In this document: in pieces, positions 8,075 to 16,683 of the stretch
Numbering within the stretch: the first letter of the stretch is position 1
How the letters are laid out: each line of letters opens with the position of its first letter
Source of the DNA: an uncultured virus (IMG/VR IMGVR_UViG_3300045596_000200)
Lineage: Duplodnaviria; Heunggongvirae; Uroviricota; Caudoviricetes
DNA length: 20,000 nt
Reading direction: 5' to 3' (one strand)
IMG/VR virus record: IMGVR_UViG_3300045596_000200
Position numbers and translations under genes: made by a program
Notes under the pieces: generated by a model
What the model was told of the DNA's origin: nothing
Seen by the model: only the letters and a program-made list of their open reading frames with translations
Database searches by the model: none

Positions 8075-8720
8075 ATGCACATGCAACGTTGAATTGTATC
8101 CAATTTTGCGTCTTGTTTTCGTAGACGCGCCCGTGGTAAGGCTCGATGATTTCGACCAGCGTCTTGACTATGCAGGTGGGCGTGTAGAATTCGCCGGCGT
8201 TCTTGCCCTCCTGCTCGGCGAACTTGGCCAGGCAGTACTCGTAGGTACGACCCAGCACGTCCTGCGTGCCGTCCTTGCCGGCCATCTTCACGTTGGTGAA
8301 CAGGTCGACGACATCGCCCAGCATGCGCTTGTCGAGCTCCTGACGGGCGAAGTTCTTGGGGAGGATGCCCTTGAGCGCCTTGTTCTCCGTCTCGATCTCG
8401 CGCATGGCCTCGTCGATGACCTTGCCAATCTCGGGCGTGTGCGCCGCCTTCGCGATCTCCTCCCAGCGGGCTCCCTTCGGGACCCAGAAGATGTTCTCGA
8501 AGCTGTACTCGTCGCGGTCCTCCTCGAAGCCCTCGCCCTCATCCACGAGCTCCTGGTGGCGCTGCTCGAACTTGTCCGAGATGTACTTGAGGAAGATGAG
8601 GCCGAGCACTACGTTCTTGTACTCCGAGGCGTCGATGTGGCCGCGCATGCTGTCCGCTGCCTTCCAGATCTTCTCCTCGAAGCCCAGCTCCTGAGTGTTC
8701 GATTGCTTCTTGCCTGCCAT
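8073..8720 (-). pseudogene. hsdM: Type I RM methyltransferase subunit M, 5' part only (200 aa plus 15 foreign residues)
   Basis: IWKAADSMRG, EYKNVVLGLIFLKYISD, DVLGRTYEY, GEFYTP, EPYHGRVY, then the unrelated ENKTQNWIQFNVACA* in place of DPCCGSGG. No NPPF/Y motif. Confidence 0.92.
8091..8150. other. Putative hybrid attachment site (attL/attR) inside hsdM
   Basis: Recognisable HsdM sequence stops at GTC TAC GA (about 8119). Inverted repeat GCGTCT (8108-8113)-N9-AGACGC (8123-8128) spans the junction, and composition changes from AT-rich to GC-rich. Confidence 0.72.
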
Positions 8721-8729
8721 GTTGCCGCC

Positions 8730-11700
8730 TTAATCCATAACCCGACTGTCAGCCCAGAGCTCGCACTGCCGCATGACGGTGTCGAGCGCCTCTTCCTGGC
8801 CGTCGGGTGGGTACTTGTACTTCTTGAGGAGGCGCTTTATCGAGCGGCGCATGCCCGCACGGGCGCTCTCCTTCCTCTGCCAATCTATCGTAGCGTTGTT
8901 TCTCAGCTGCTCGGTCAGCTCCCGCGTGATGGCGACCAGCTGGTCGTTGTCGTAGAAGTCCTTGACCGCCTGCGGCTTGGTGAGCGCGTCGTAGAAGGCG
9001 AGCTCCTCCTTGCCCAGGCCGAGCTTCTCGCCCTCCTCGCGCTCCGCCATCATCTCGTGCGCCATCTTGAGGAGCTCCTCGATGACCTGCGCGTTGGAGA
9101 GCATGCCGTTGAGGTAGCCGTTGACGGAGCGCTGGAGCATGTCGGAGAACTTCTCCGCCTGGACGACGCTCGCCTTCCTATAGTCGCGTACCTGCTCCTT
9201 GATGAGGCGCTTGAGCGTCTCGTAGGCGATGTTCTTCTCCTTCATGCGGCGGATCTCCTCGAGGAAGCCCTCGTCGAAGAGCGACACCTCCACCTTGTCC
9301 TTGCTGTCGAACAGGTCGATGACGCCCTCGCTGTGCACGGACTGCTCGAGGATGGCAGCGACGCGGCGGTTGAACTCGTCGTAGGTCATGCCCCCGCCGC
9401 CGGTGCCGCTGCGGCCCAGGATGCGCATCACCTGCACGCGCAGGACGTCAATGAACGCCGCCTCGTGCTGGTCCTCCTCAGAGACCATGCTCTTGCAGAG
9501 GCTCTCCGCCTTCGCAAGGAGCTGCGCCTGCTTCAGGAAATCGTCGCGCGTTTCCTCGCGTGCCGGGTTGAGCAGCCAGTCGGCGCACTCGGATATGATC
9601 GTCGCGAGCGTAACCTTGTCGGACGTGAACACCCGCTCGCGGTAGCGCGTGCCGTGCAGGAGGTCGCGGCAGACCGATAGCTTCTCCTGAAACTTGGGAT
9701 AGGCCGTCTTGGCGACGTCCATGTCCCCGTAGTTCCTGCGGTCGCGGTTCGTGTAGGACTTCATGGCGTACTTGAGGGCGTTCGCGATGCCGATGTAGTC
9801 GACGATGAGGCCGCCCTCCTTGCCCGGGTGCATGCGGTTGACGCGGGCGATGGCCTGCATGAGGTTGTGGCCCTTCATGGGCTTGTACATGTACATGGTG
9901 GCAAGCGAGGGGACGTCGAAGCCCGTGAGCCACATGTCCACGACGATGGCGATCTTGAGTGGGTCATCGTCGCTTTTGAAGCGCCGCTCCATCTCCGCCT
10001 TATGCTCCTTGCCGCCCACGATGTCGAACCATTCCTCGGGGTCCTGGTTGCTCGTAGTCATGACCACGCCCACCTTGTTGCTCCACTCCGGGCGAAGGCG
10101 CATCAGCTCGTAGTAGATCTTCATGGCGATGGGGCGCGAGTAGGCCACAATCATCGCCTTGCCGGCGAGCAGCCCCGCGCGGTTCTCCTCGTAGTGGGAG
10201 ACTATGTCGCGGCAGAGGTCGGCCACCGTCTCAGAAGCGCCGAGGATGCCGTCGAGTCCGGACATGAGGTGCTTGCTGCGCTGCGTGGTCTCCTCGTCGT
10301 GCTCGTCGGAGAACTCCCTGTAGGCGGCATCGAGGCTCTCAAGCGCATCTGCATCGAGATTGAGGGCCACGACCCTGCTCTCGTAGTAGACGGGGACCGT
10401 TGCCTCGTCCTCGACTGCCTGCGTCATGTCGTAGACGTCGATGTAGTCGCCGAACACCTCGCGGGTGTTGCGCCCGTCCAGCGCAATGGGCGTCCCCGTG
10501 AAGCCGATGTAGCTCGCATTGGGCAGCGCGTCGCGCATGAGCTTTGCGGCGCCAATCGAGATGGTGCCGTCGGGCTTTATCTCCTCGGTGAGGCCGTACT
10601 GCCCGCGATGAGCCTCGTCAACCATGACGATGATGTTGTCGCGTTCGCTGAGCGGGCCGTCTCCCTCGGAGAACTTCTGCATGGTGGTGAACACGATGCC
10701 GTTTGCCTCGCGACCGGAGAGCAGGTCCTTGAGGTTGCCCTTGCCCTTGTCGCGGTGAAGCGCCTGCACGGGAACCTGTCTCAGGAACTTGGCGCAGCGG
10801 CCGAACTGCCCGAAGAGCTGGTCATCGAGGTCGTTCCTGTCTGTCACGACAACGAATGTGGGATTCTTCACCAGCTGCTGCATGAGGTGCGCAAAGAAGA
10901 CCATCGAGAGAGACTTACCAGACCCCTGCGTGTGCCAGAAGACGCCGATCTGGCCGTTCCCGCCGACGGCGGAGAGAGAGCGCGCTGCCGCCTTCCTCAC
11001 GCCGAAGTACTGGTGGTAGGCAGCCAGAATCTTCACCGTCTTGTCGGCGGAGTCGTTGAAGCAGATGAAGTTGCGGATGATGTCGCAGAGCCGCTCCTTG
11101 CGGAACATGCCCTCAAGCGTGGTCTTCCAGTCGGCGGTTTGGGTATCGGAGTAGTCCCCATCTGTGCTCTTCCAGGCGACGTAGCGGTCTTCGGGCGCGG
11201 TGATGGTGCCGAGGCGCGTCTCGGCCATGTCGCTCATCACGCAGAAGGCGTTGGGCACGAACAGGGAGGGAATCGCCTTCATGTAGTTTCGCAATTGCAG
11301 ATAAGCGTCCGAAGCGCTCGTCTCCTCGCGGGAGGGTGACTTGAGCTCGAAGATGACGACGGGGATGCCGTTCAGGAAGACGATGAGGTCGGGGCGCTTG
11401 TTCTCGTGCTCGACGTACGTCCACTGGTTAACGATGTGGAAGAAGTTCTTCTTGGGATGCCCGTAGTCGACGAGGTAGACGATATCGTCGCGGTCCTCCT
11501 TGCCGTCGAAGTAGTGTACTTCGACGCCCGACTGCAGGTAGTCGGTGAAAACCTCGTTGCGCTGTTCGAGAGAGCCGCCCTCCACCGAGGAGATTTTCAT
11601 CATCGCCTCGTCGATGGCGCTGAAAGGAAGCTTGGGGTTTATGCGGCAGAGGCTCTCCTTGAGAACCCTGGGGAGGAAGACATCCTGGTATAGGTCGCTC

Positions 11701-11828
11701 GTGCGCTCGACGTCGGGACCGTGCAGGTACTCGTAGCCGAGGTTCTCCATGAAATACTGGATGAGCATTTCCTCGTAGAACTCTTCGTTGAACGGAACGG
11801 AGACGGTCGCGTACTTCATATCGCCCAT
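8730..11828 (-). CDS. hsdR: Type I restriction endonuclease subunit R (1032 aa)
   Basis: RPDLIVFLNGIPVVIFELK nuclease motif, WHTQGSGKS Walker A, DEAHR, FTGTP, VDMWLTGFDVP, QAIARVNR. RBS GGAGG before ATG 11828. Confidence 0.96.
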   Translation of the reverse strand: MGDMKYATVSVPFNEEFYEEMLIQYFMENLGYEYLHGPDVERTSDLYQDVFLPRVLKESLCRINPKLPFSAIDEAMMKISSVEGGSLEQRNEVFTDYLQSGVEVHYFDGKEDRDDIVYLVDYGHPKKNFFHIVNQWTYVEHENKRPDLIVFLNGIPVVIFELKSPSREETSASDAYLQLRNYMKAIPSLFVPNAFCVMSDMAETRLGTITAPEDRYVAWKSTDGDYSDTQTADWKTTLEGMFRKERLCDIIRNFICFNDSADKTVKILAAYHQYFGVRKAAARSLSAVGGNGQIGVFWHTQGSGKSLSMVFFAHLMQQLVKNPTFVVVTDRNDLDDQLFGQFGRCAKFLRQVPVQALHRDKGKGNLKDLLSGREANGIVFTTMQKFSEGDGPLSERDNIIVMVDEAHRGQYGLTEEIKPDGTISIGAAKLMRDALPNASYIGFTGTPIALDGRNTREVFGDYIDVYDMTQAVEDEATVPVYYESRVVALNLDADALESLDAAYREFSDEHDEETTQRSKHLMSGLDGILGASETVADLCRDIVSHYEENRAGLLAGKAMIVAYSRPIAMKIYYELMRLRPEWSNKVGVVMTTSNQDPEEWFDIVGGKEHKAEMERRFKSDDDPLKIAIVVDMWLTGFDVPSLATMYMYKPMKGHNLMQAIARVNRMHPGKEGGLIVDYIGIANALKYAMKSYTNRDRRNYGDMDVAKTAYPKFQEKLSVCRDLLHGTRYRERVFTSDKVTLATIISECADWLLNPAREETRDDFLKQAQLLAKAESLCKSMVSEEDQHEAAFIDVLRVQVMRILGRSGTGGGGMTYDEFNRRVAAILEQSVHSEGVIDLFDSKDKVEVSLFDEGFLEEIRRMKEKNIAYETLKRLIKEQVRDYRKASVVQAEKFSDMLQRSVNGYLNGMLSNAQVIEELLKMAHEMMAEREEGEKLGLGKEELAFYDALTKPQAVKDFYDNDQLVAITRELTEQLRNNATIDWQRKESARAGMRRSIKRLLKKYKYPPDGQEEALDTVMRQCELWADSRVMD

Positions 11829-12004
11829 CACTTCGCCTCCTTCACGACGGCATCGGCAAGGATGGACGAAATGAGCGCACTCACGCTCATGCACTTCTTC
11901 TCTGCCAGCTCCCTGACTGCGCTCTTGAGCTCTGGAGTCACGGCGAATATAACCCTCTCAGTCTTCTTGCCATTGAGGAGAATCTGCCTGTTGGGCTGCT
12001 CCAT
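11828..12004 (-). CDS. Small ribbon-helix-helix (CopG/Arc-like) DNA-binding protein
   Basis: KTERVIFAVTPELKSAVRELAEKKCMSVSALISSIL fits a strand-helix-helix pattern. RBS GGAGG before ATG 12004. Its stop overlaps the hsdR start (TGATG). Confidence 0.72.
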   Translation of the reverse strand: MEQPNRQILLNGKKTERVIFAVTPELKSAVRELAEKKCMSVSALISSILADAVVKEAK

Positions 12005-12087
12005 GGGTGCCTCCATCTTGTTACGCATAAGACTTATATAATTTTAGCACCATCTCACAATTCTCTAACAGTGCGGATTACCCCTCT

Positions 12088-12133
12088 AAGCAAGTAGCCT
12101 ATCTTGTGCGCACAACGCACAAGATAGTGCTTG
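12088..12133. other. Candidate oriT
   Basis: Perfect 12-bp inverted repeat ctatcttgtgcg-cacaa-cgcacaagatag (12099-12127) directly upstream of mobC-relaxase. TATCTTG resembles the RP4-type nick motif TATCCTG. Confidence 0.6.
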
Positions 12134-12496
12134 TCGGCACCGGGGGCCGCACTCATCGCGCTGTCGCTTCGATGGCGCGTTGCCCCACCCGGATGCCGAG
12201 CGCCCTGGGAAGCCCGGACGACCGTCCGGGCAAGACACGCCGCCACGTGGTGCTCGACCTCGCCTGCGCGAACCGCCTCTACAGCGAGCTCAACCAGTGG
12301 GGCTACCAGCAGAACCAGGCCACCCACGCCCTGAACCGCATCGCCTACTACCTCAGGCGCGAGGCCATGGATGCATCAGACATCCTGGAGGAGCTCACCT
12401 CGGCTGGACGACAGCTGGAGCGCCTGCGCGAGAGGACGGGTGAGCTCGCTGCCCCCCGTCCGCGAGATGGCGGAGTCGCGCCTGCTCTTTCTCTAG
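12134..12496 (+). pseudogene. mobC: MobC-like relaxosome accessory protein remnant
   Basis: ELNQWGYQQNQATHALN resembles the MobC ELxxIGxNxNQxAxxxN motif. Apparent frameshift in the C6 run at 12452-12457 (the other frame reads VREMAESRLLFL*). Start is unclear. Confidence 0.6.
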
Positions 12497-12506
12497 GTGG
12501 CTGCCC

Positions 12507-13137
12507 ATGCCGCTACTCAAGCCCATATCTGGCCACACATCCTGCAAGGGCATCTACCGCTACCTCACCAAGGACGGGCGCGCTCTCGCCGCCAACTACC
12601 TGAACCTAGACGTCCTCGAACGCGAGGGCACCGCCTTCGACTGGGCTGCCGCGATGGACGACACGCGCTCGCGCTGGAGAAACGACACGCCCTGAGGAGG
12701 CAGGCCCTGCCGTACCTACAAGCACTACGTGCTCTCGCCGAATCCCAAGGACCGCGTGAGCCTGGGCACGCTCCGCGAGCTCACCGTCACCTAGGCGCGC
12801 GAGCACTTCGGCGACTTTGAGGTGGCCTCGTCTACCACGACGACAACACCGGGCACATCCCACATGCCCACGTGGTCGTGAACAACACAAATATCGTCAC
12901 GGGAAGGCGTCTTCAGGACCCCGACCCCAAGGAGCTCAAGCACTCCCTGCAGCGCATGGCCAAGCAGCGCGGGCTATCGGACTTCGACAGCGCCGAGGAG
13001 AGGGCGTCCGTGCGCGGGCGTGTGCGACCCCACACGCTGCAGGCAGAGCACGTGCGCCGCGCGGAGCGCGAGATATTGCCGAGAAGGGCGGCTACTCATG
13101 GGTGGAGGACATCCGCGCGCGCATCCGCACGGCGGCG
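12507..13137 (+). pseudogene. MOBP-type relaxase pseudogene
   Basis: MPLLKPISGHTSCKGIYRYL (Tyr motif), YKHYVLSP, VYHDDNTGHIPHAHVVVN (HUH). In-frame stops at 12693 (TGA) and 12792 (TAG), frameshifts at about 12828 and 13075, and the C-terminus appears to be missing. Confidence 0.85.
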
Positions 13138-13659
13138 GACCTCGCCGATGCGAGCATGTACCGCGGCAACGTCGTCACCAACTGGTCGCTTGACCTCTCC
13201 GGCGCCATGCGCGAGGGTGGCATGCTGCTCCTCTCCATGCGCTGGTACCCCGCACCGGGACAGGACGCGTCCGCCGGGCCGGAGGGCCTCCCCATAGCCC
13301 GCAGGCGCGACGGGTTCTGCGTCGTCGTTGCGGACAGCGAGGATGTGCCGCAGCTTTCCATGGTGACGGTGGACGGTGAGCTCGCGCTCCTGCGCGTGGG
13401 AGACGGCCTCGTGGACTGCAACCGCCTTGCCTGGGCCTCGCGCATTGCCGACGGTCTGCCCGTCCAGGCGGTTTCGGCTCATCGCACGCTTAGCATGCTC
13501 ATGAGTGATGGCACGGACGGCATTGATGTGGAGGCCAAGGTTTGCCGCCTGATGGGCTTTGACCCTGCAACGTATGAGTTTGTGGAGGATTTATCAGAGA
13601 TGGCATATGCCGATAAAGAAGATGCTGATGGCAGGTTCAGCGAGAATCCACCTACCTAA
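13138..13659 (+). pseudogene. 3' portion of a hypothetical gene joined to the relaxase remnant
   Basis: Protein-like open frame DLADASMYRGNVVTNW…SENPPT* with coding-like GC3 bias, no obvious start of its own and no relaxase resemblance. Confidence 0.45.
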
Positions 13660-13731
13660 AAGTACGTATAGTCTGACATTGCAAAATGCAATAATTTCTC
13701 CTGAAGCAAAGCGCGTCTATCAGGAGTCACC

Positions 13732-15990
13732 ATGCACGTTAACGATGAAGACAGACCCGAAGTTCAGTTCTCCTTCGAGGAAATGCCAGCGCTTCCACCT
13801 GGTGCAATGGAAGATTCCGACGCTCAAGGTCAAGACGAGCCCATCCGTATCGAGTTCGACGAGAGCATCGATAAAGCAGAGCGAGCAGACTACATCACCG
13901 CTGCGGCTATAGGCGCTTCGACAGGCGTGCTCAACATTTTCTGGCAGAAGCGGTTCGACCTGTCCGAGGCTCTCACGTGGGGCAAGGAGAAGATGGGAAG
14001 CTTCGTCTTCAATGCTGCAAAGGGCGCGGGATTCAAGCCGGATGGAAAAGACCTGAAGGACGCAATCCGTTTCCTTGAGGGTATGTTTCCTCTTGCAAGC
14101 GACAGACTGACCCCCGAGTTTGGCGGCGGCCTCCAGCATCACTTGAGGGACTTCGCCCATCACCCCTCACCCGTCGGTCTTCTCATGTCGATACTTGCCC
14201 AGTTCACAGGCAAGGGCTACGGCACCGACACCAGCGGCGCCTTCGTGATACTCGACCTCCCCGCAGACGCCCTGATAGGAAAGACCTTCCCTGAGAAATT
14301 GTTCTACGGGACGATTATCTGGGCGATGCACCTAGCGAGCGACATGGCGGGATCAAGCAGAGCATTGGGCGAGGGTACTGGCATACCTGGGCCAATCTTT
14401 TCGTTCCTAAAAGAACTCTCAGCACTTCCCGTCTTCAAGAAAGAAGGTGCAGACAACGCCTTTTCCAAGTGGATCTCAAAACTGTTCAACGGCACGTTGA
14501 TTCGCGATGCGGACGGCAATCCTATCCGCATCGACTTCAGAACGGAACTTGGAGTTGCCGACCAGGCGCTTTCACAGGCGAAATCTGTCATAGCGAACGA
14601 GTGCCTTGTCAGGGGCTATTACTTCTTGAGCCGCCTAAAGGACGAGCTCTCACGTAACGACGTACAGTCGCTTAAGGACTTTGATCGCATAGACGTGAAG
14701 AGGGTGATTCCAACCGACGAGCGCTCTCTTATTCGCATGCTCACCATATCGAGTTCCGTGTTTGTCCTCACCAACTTGGGAATTGCTGTAGGCAAGACCG
14801 CCGTAACATCCAAGGGCGATCGCAAGAAGTTTGCAGGCGGCGTATTGCTCAACCTGAATTTCGTCAGCATTGGCCGAATGGCGATGGCCATTGCAAGCGA
14901 CTCTAAGTACATCGCCGAGGACTTGAAAGACTATCTCAATAAGCGCGCTGAAGAAATGAATGCGTTTACGGAGGACTTCAAGCTGCTCAGACTGAATGAC
15001 CGGGAGGCGCGCCTTCTGTTCTCCTATCAGGTCATCGCCGTTAAAAAGGACATCGAACTCACCAAGGACGACAAGCACAGAGCTGCAAAGAGCGCCTGGC
15101 TTGAAGAGTTCAAAACCAGGCAGGCAGACCAGATGGGCTGCGATGCGGCAATATACTTCATCGATGAGGCAAGCGTGGCGGAAGAGATGCAGAAGGCTTT
15201 CGATGAGGACGCTTCCTCGTGGCCAACGCTACTCGCCATGGAGCTCTGGCTCTTCAAGCCGTACTACTCCTTCGATGCCGACTGGAAAGAGCGTCTGAAG
15301 GGCGTCAAATACAAGAATGACTATGTAGGGAAAGACTTCCTCAATGCACAGGACGTCATCGACAAGAAAAAGATCGATGAGGTGAAGAAAACCTACAAGC
15401 ACTTTACAGGTTTGCTTACCGGCGGCAGGGCCAAGACAGCAATCATTGCAGGGGGCACAGTTGCGGTTGGCATTGCGACAGCGGGCACCGCGTATGTTCT
15501 CGCCCCGGTCATTGCACCCGTGATTGCCGGAGAAGCAGTTGCAGGTCTCTCTGGCGCAGCTCTTACCAGTGCGAGTCTTGCTGCCGTTGGCGGCGGATCG
15601 CTTGCTGCGGGCGGCTTGGGAATGGCGGGTGGCACGGCGATAATCACCGGAGGCGGAGCCTTGCTGGGCATGGCTACCACAGGCGGCGCCGCGTTTGTCA
15701 GCGGCCTTAGCGAACATGCAGAGCAGTATGCCCTGAACCAGTGCGCACAGCTGCTCACGGTCTGCCAACAGCTCCCTAATGCAGACGACTCAACAAGCGC
15801 GTTCATGCTTCGCACGAAAGACCATATCGAGCGAATCCGCGACAAATGCCTCGAAGATATTGAGGCAGAGAAGACGAAGGGCAAAGAGGGCAACCAGAAG
15901 TCAATCAAATCGATGACCAAGGCAGCCAAATATCTAGAGAGGTGTGCGAAGGAGCTGCAAAAACTAGCGGACAATACTTCTGGAGCATAA
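13732..15990 (+). CDS. Uncharacterised 752-aa protein with a His-rich motif and a C-terminal glycine-zipper membrane segment
   Basis: RBS AGGAG and a long intact ORF. Motif LQHHLRDFAHHPSPVG. Gly/Ala-rich hydrophobic stretch GLSGAALTSASLAAVGGGSLAAGGLGMAGG followed by a charged helical tail. Confidence 0.85.
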   Translation: MHVNDEDRPEVQFSFEEMPALPPGAMEDSDAQGQDEPIRIEFDESIDKAERADYITAAAIGASTGVLNIFWQKRFDLSEALTWGKEKMGSFVFNAAKGAGFKPDGKDLKDAIRFLEGMFPLASDRLTPEFGGGLQHHLRDFAHHPSPVGLLMSILAQFTGKGYGTDTSGAFVILDLPADALIGKTFPEKLFYGTIIWAMHLASDMAGSSRALGEGTGIPGPIFSFLKELSALPVFKKEGADNAFSKWISKLFNGTLIRDADGNPIRIDFRTELGVADQALSQAKSVIANECLVRGYYFLSRLKDELSRNDVQSLKDFDRIDVKRVIPTDERSLIRMLTISSSVFVLTNLGIAVGKTAVTSKGDRKKFAGGVLLNLNFVSIGRMAMAIASDSKYIAEDLKDYLNKRAEEMNAFTEDFKLLRLNDREARLLFSYQVIAVKKDIELTKDDKHRAAKSAWLEEFKTRQADQMGCDAAIYFIDEASVAEEMQKAFDEDASSWPTLLAMELWLFKPYYSFDADWKERLKGVKYKNDYVGKDFLNAQDVIDKKKIDEVKKTYKHFTGLLTGGRAKTAIIAGGTVAVGIATAGTAYVLAPVIAPVIAGEAVAGLSGAALTSASLAAVGGGSLAAGGLGMAGGTAIITGGGALLGMATTGGAAFVSGLSEHAEQYALNQCAQLLTVCQQLPNADDSTSAFMLRTKDHIERIRDKCLEDIEAEKTKGKEGNQKSIKSMTKAAKYLERCAKELQKLADNTSGA

Positions 15991-15997
15991 AACAGCT

Positions 15998-16600
15998 ATG
16001 GATACGTATATCGGAACTTTAATCGGCGGGTTAATCGGCTTTCTATCCAGCCTGGGCGTTCAAATTGCGATGAGAGCGCTCGACCGCAAAGGGAAACTGA
16101 GCTTCTACAGCCGTATAAACTCATCATTCTTGCAAGGTTGTGGATTCTTCTCAGCAGACGGAAAGATAACGTTCGTTGTCCCACTGGAGCTTGAATGCCA
16201 AAACACTAGCAATGTCACCCGTGTCGTTCGAGACGTCTCTCTTTCTCTGTGGCGAGACGGAATCGAAGTAAAACGCATGCGGCAGACGCAAGGCATCCAT
16301 AACGAGCATAAACATAATGGAAAGATTGAATCCAGAGACAGTTTTGCCCTAGGCGATGTGAACGGGTCTTATTCTCTAGTAGTGCCGCCCAGGTCCATAA
16401 AGAAGATGAACTGTTTTTTCACATGCAAACAGGAACAGAACATTCAAGATATTACCTTCGATGAGATCCGAATATCCTGCTACGACGAGCGCGATTACCT
16501 ATATCGTTCACAACTAATGGAATTTGACGGTAATTGGAAAGAACGCTCGATACCGTTGAAGGACACTTGGGCAAAAGTAAACTTTCAGCGGATACGGTAG
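15998..16600 (+). CDS. Uncharacterised 200-aa protein with an N-terminal membrane anchor
   Basis: Starts 7 nt after the upstream stop. N-terminal IGTLIGGLIGFLSSLGVQIAM followed by RALDRK, then a beta-rich remainder. AT-rich. Confidence 0.78.
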   Translation: MDTYIGTLIGGLIGFLSSLGVQIAMRALDRKGKLSFYSRINSSFLQGCGFFSADGKITFVVPLELECQNTSNVTRVVRDVSLSLWRDGIEVKRMRQTQGIHNEHKHNGKIESRDSFALGDVNGSYSLVVPPRSIKKMNCFFTCKQEQNIQDITFDEIRISCYDERDYLYRSQLMEFDGNWKERSIPLKDTWAKVNFQRIR

Positions 16601-16655
16601 CGGAGATTTTCTATACGGCTACTAAATAGCATCTAATATCACAGTGTGGAACATG

Positions 16656-16683
16656 AGGGGCCTTCCTGCTAAGGAAGGCCCCT
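16656..16683. terminator. Hairpin terminator between convergent genes
   Basis: Perfect 12-bp inverted repeat aggggccttcct-gcta-aggaaggcccct. Confidence 0.75.

Larger units (their letters stand above)
1..8119 (+). mobile_element. Right end of a temperate prophage (tail/GH18, lysis, integration module, att site)
   Basis: Co-oriented tail-type protein, holin, endolysin and two large serine recombinases. The region ends where hsdM is abruptly truncated (about 8119). The left end lies outside the window. Confidence 0.88.

Noticed and set aside
8094..11339. Long plus-strand ORFs 8094-9680 (528 aa) and 9828-11339 (503 aa)
   Set aside because: Antisense shadows of hsdM and hsdR caused by strong GC3 bias. 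They show no recognisable motifs.
11829..11894. Longer hsdR start given in the ORF track (1054 aa)
   Set aside because: It overlaps the RHH gene, whereas ATG 11828 has a GGAGG RBS and a stop-start overlap.
12817..13659. 280-aa ORF treated as one gene
   Set aside because: It is a composite of an off-frame relaxase region, a short in-frame relaxase piece and an unrelated gene fragment.
13678..13692. attgca-aaa-tgcaat palindrome upstream of the 752-aa gene
   Set aside because: Only 6-bp arms and a single copy. It could be an operator but cannot be distinguished from chance.
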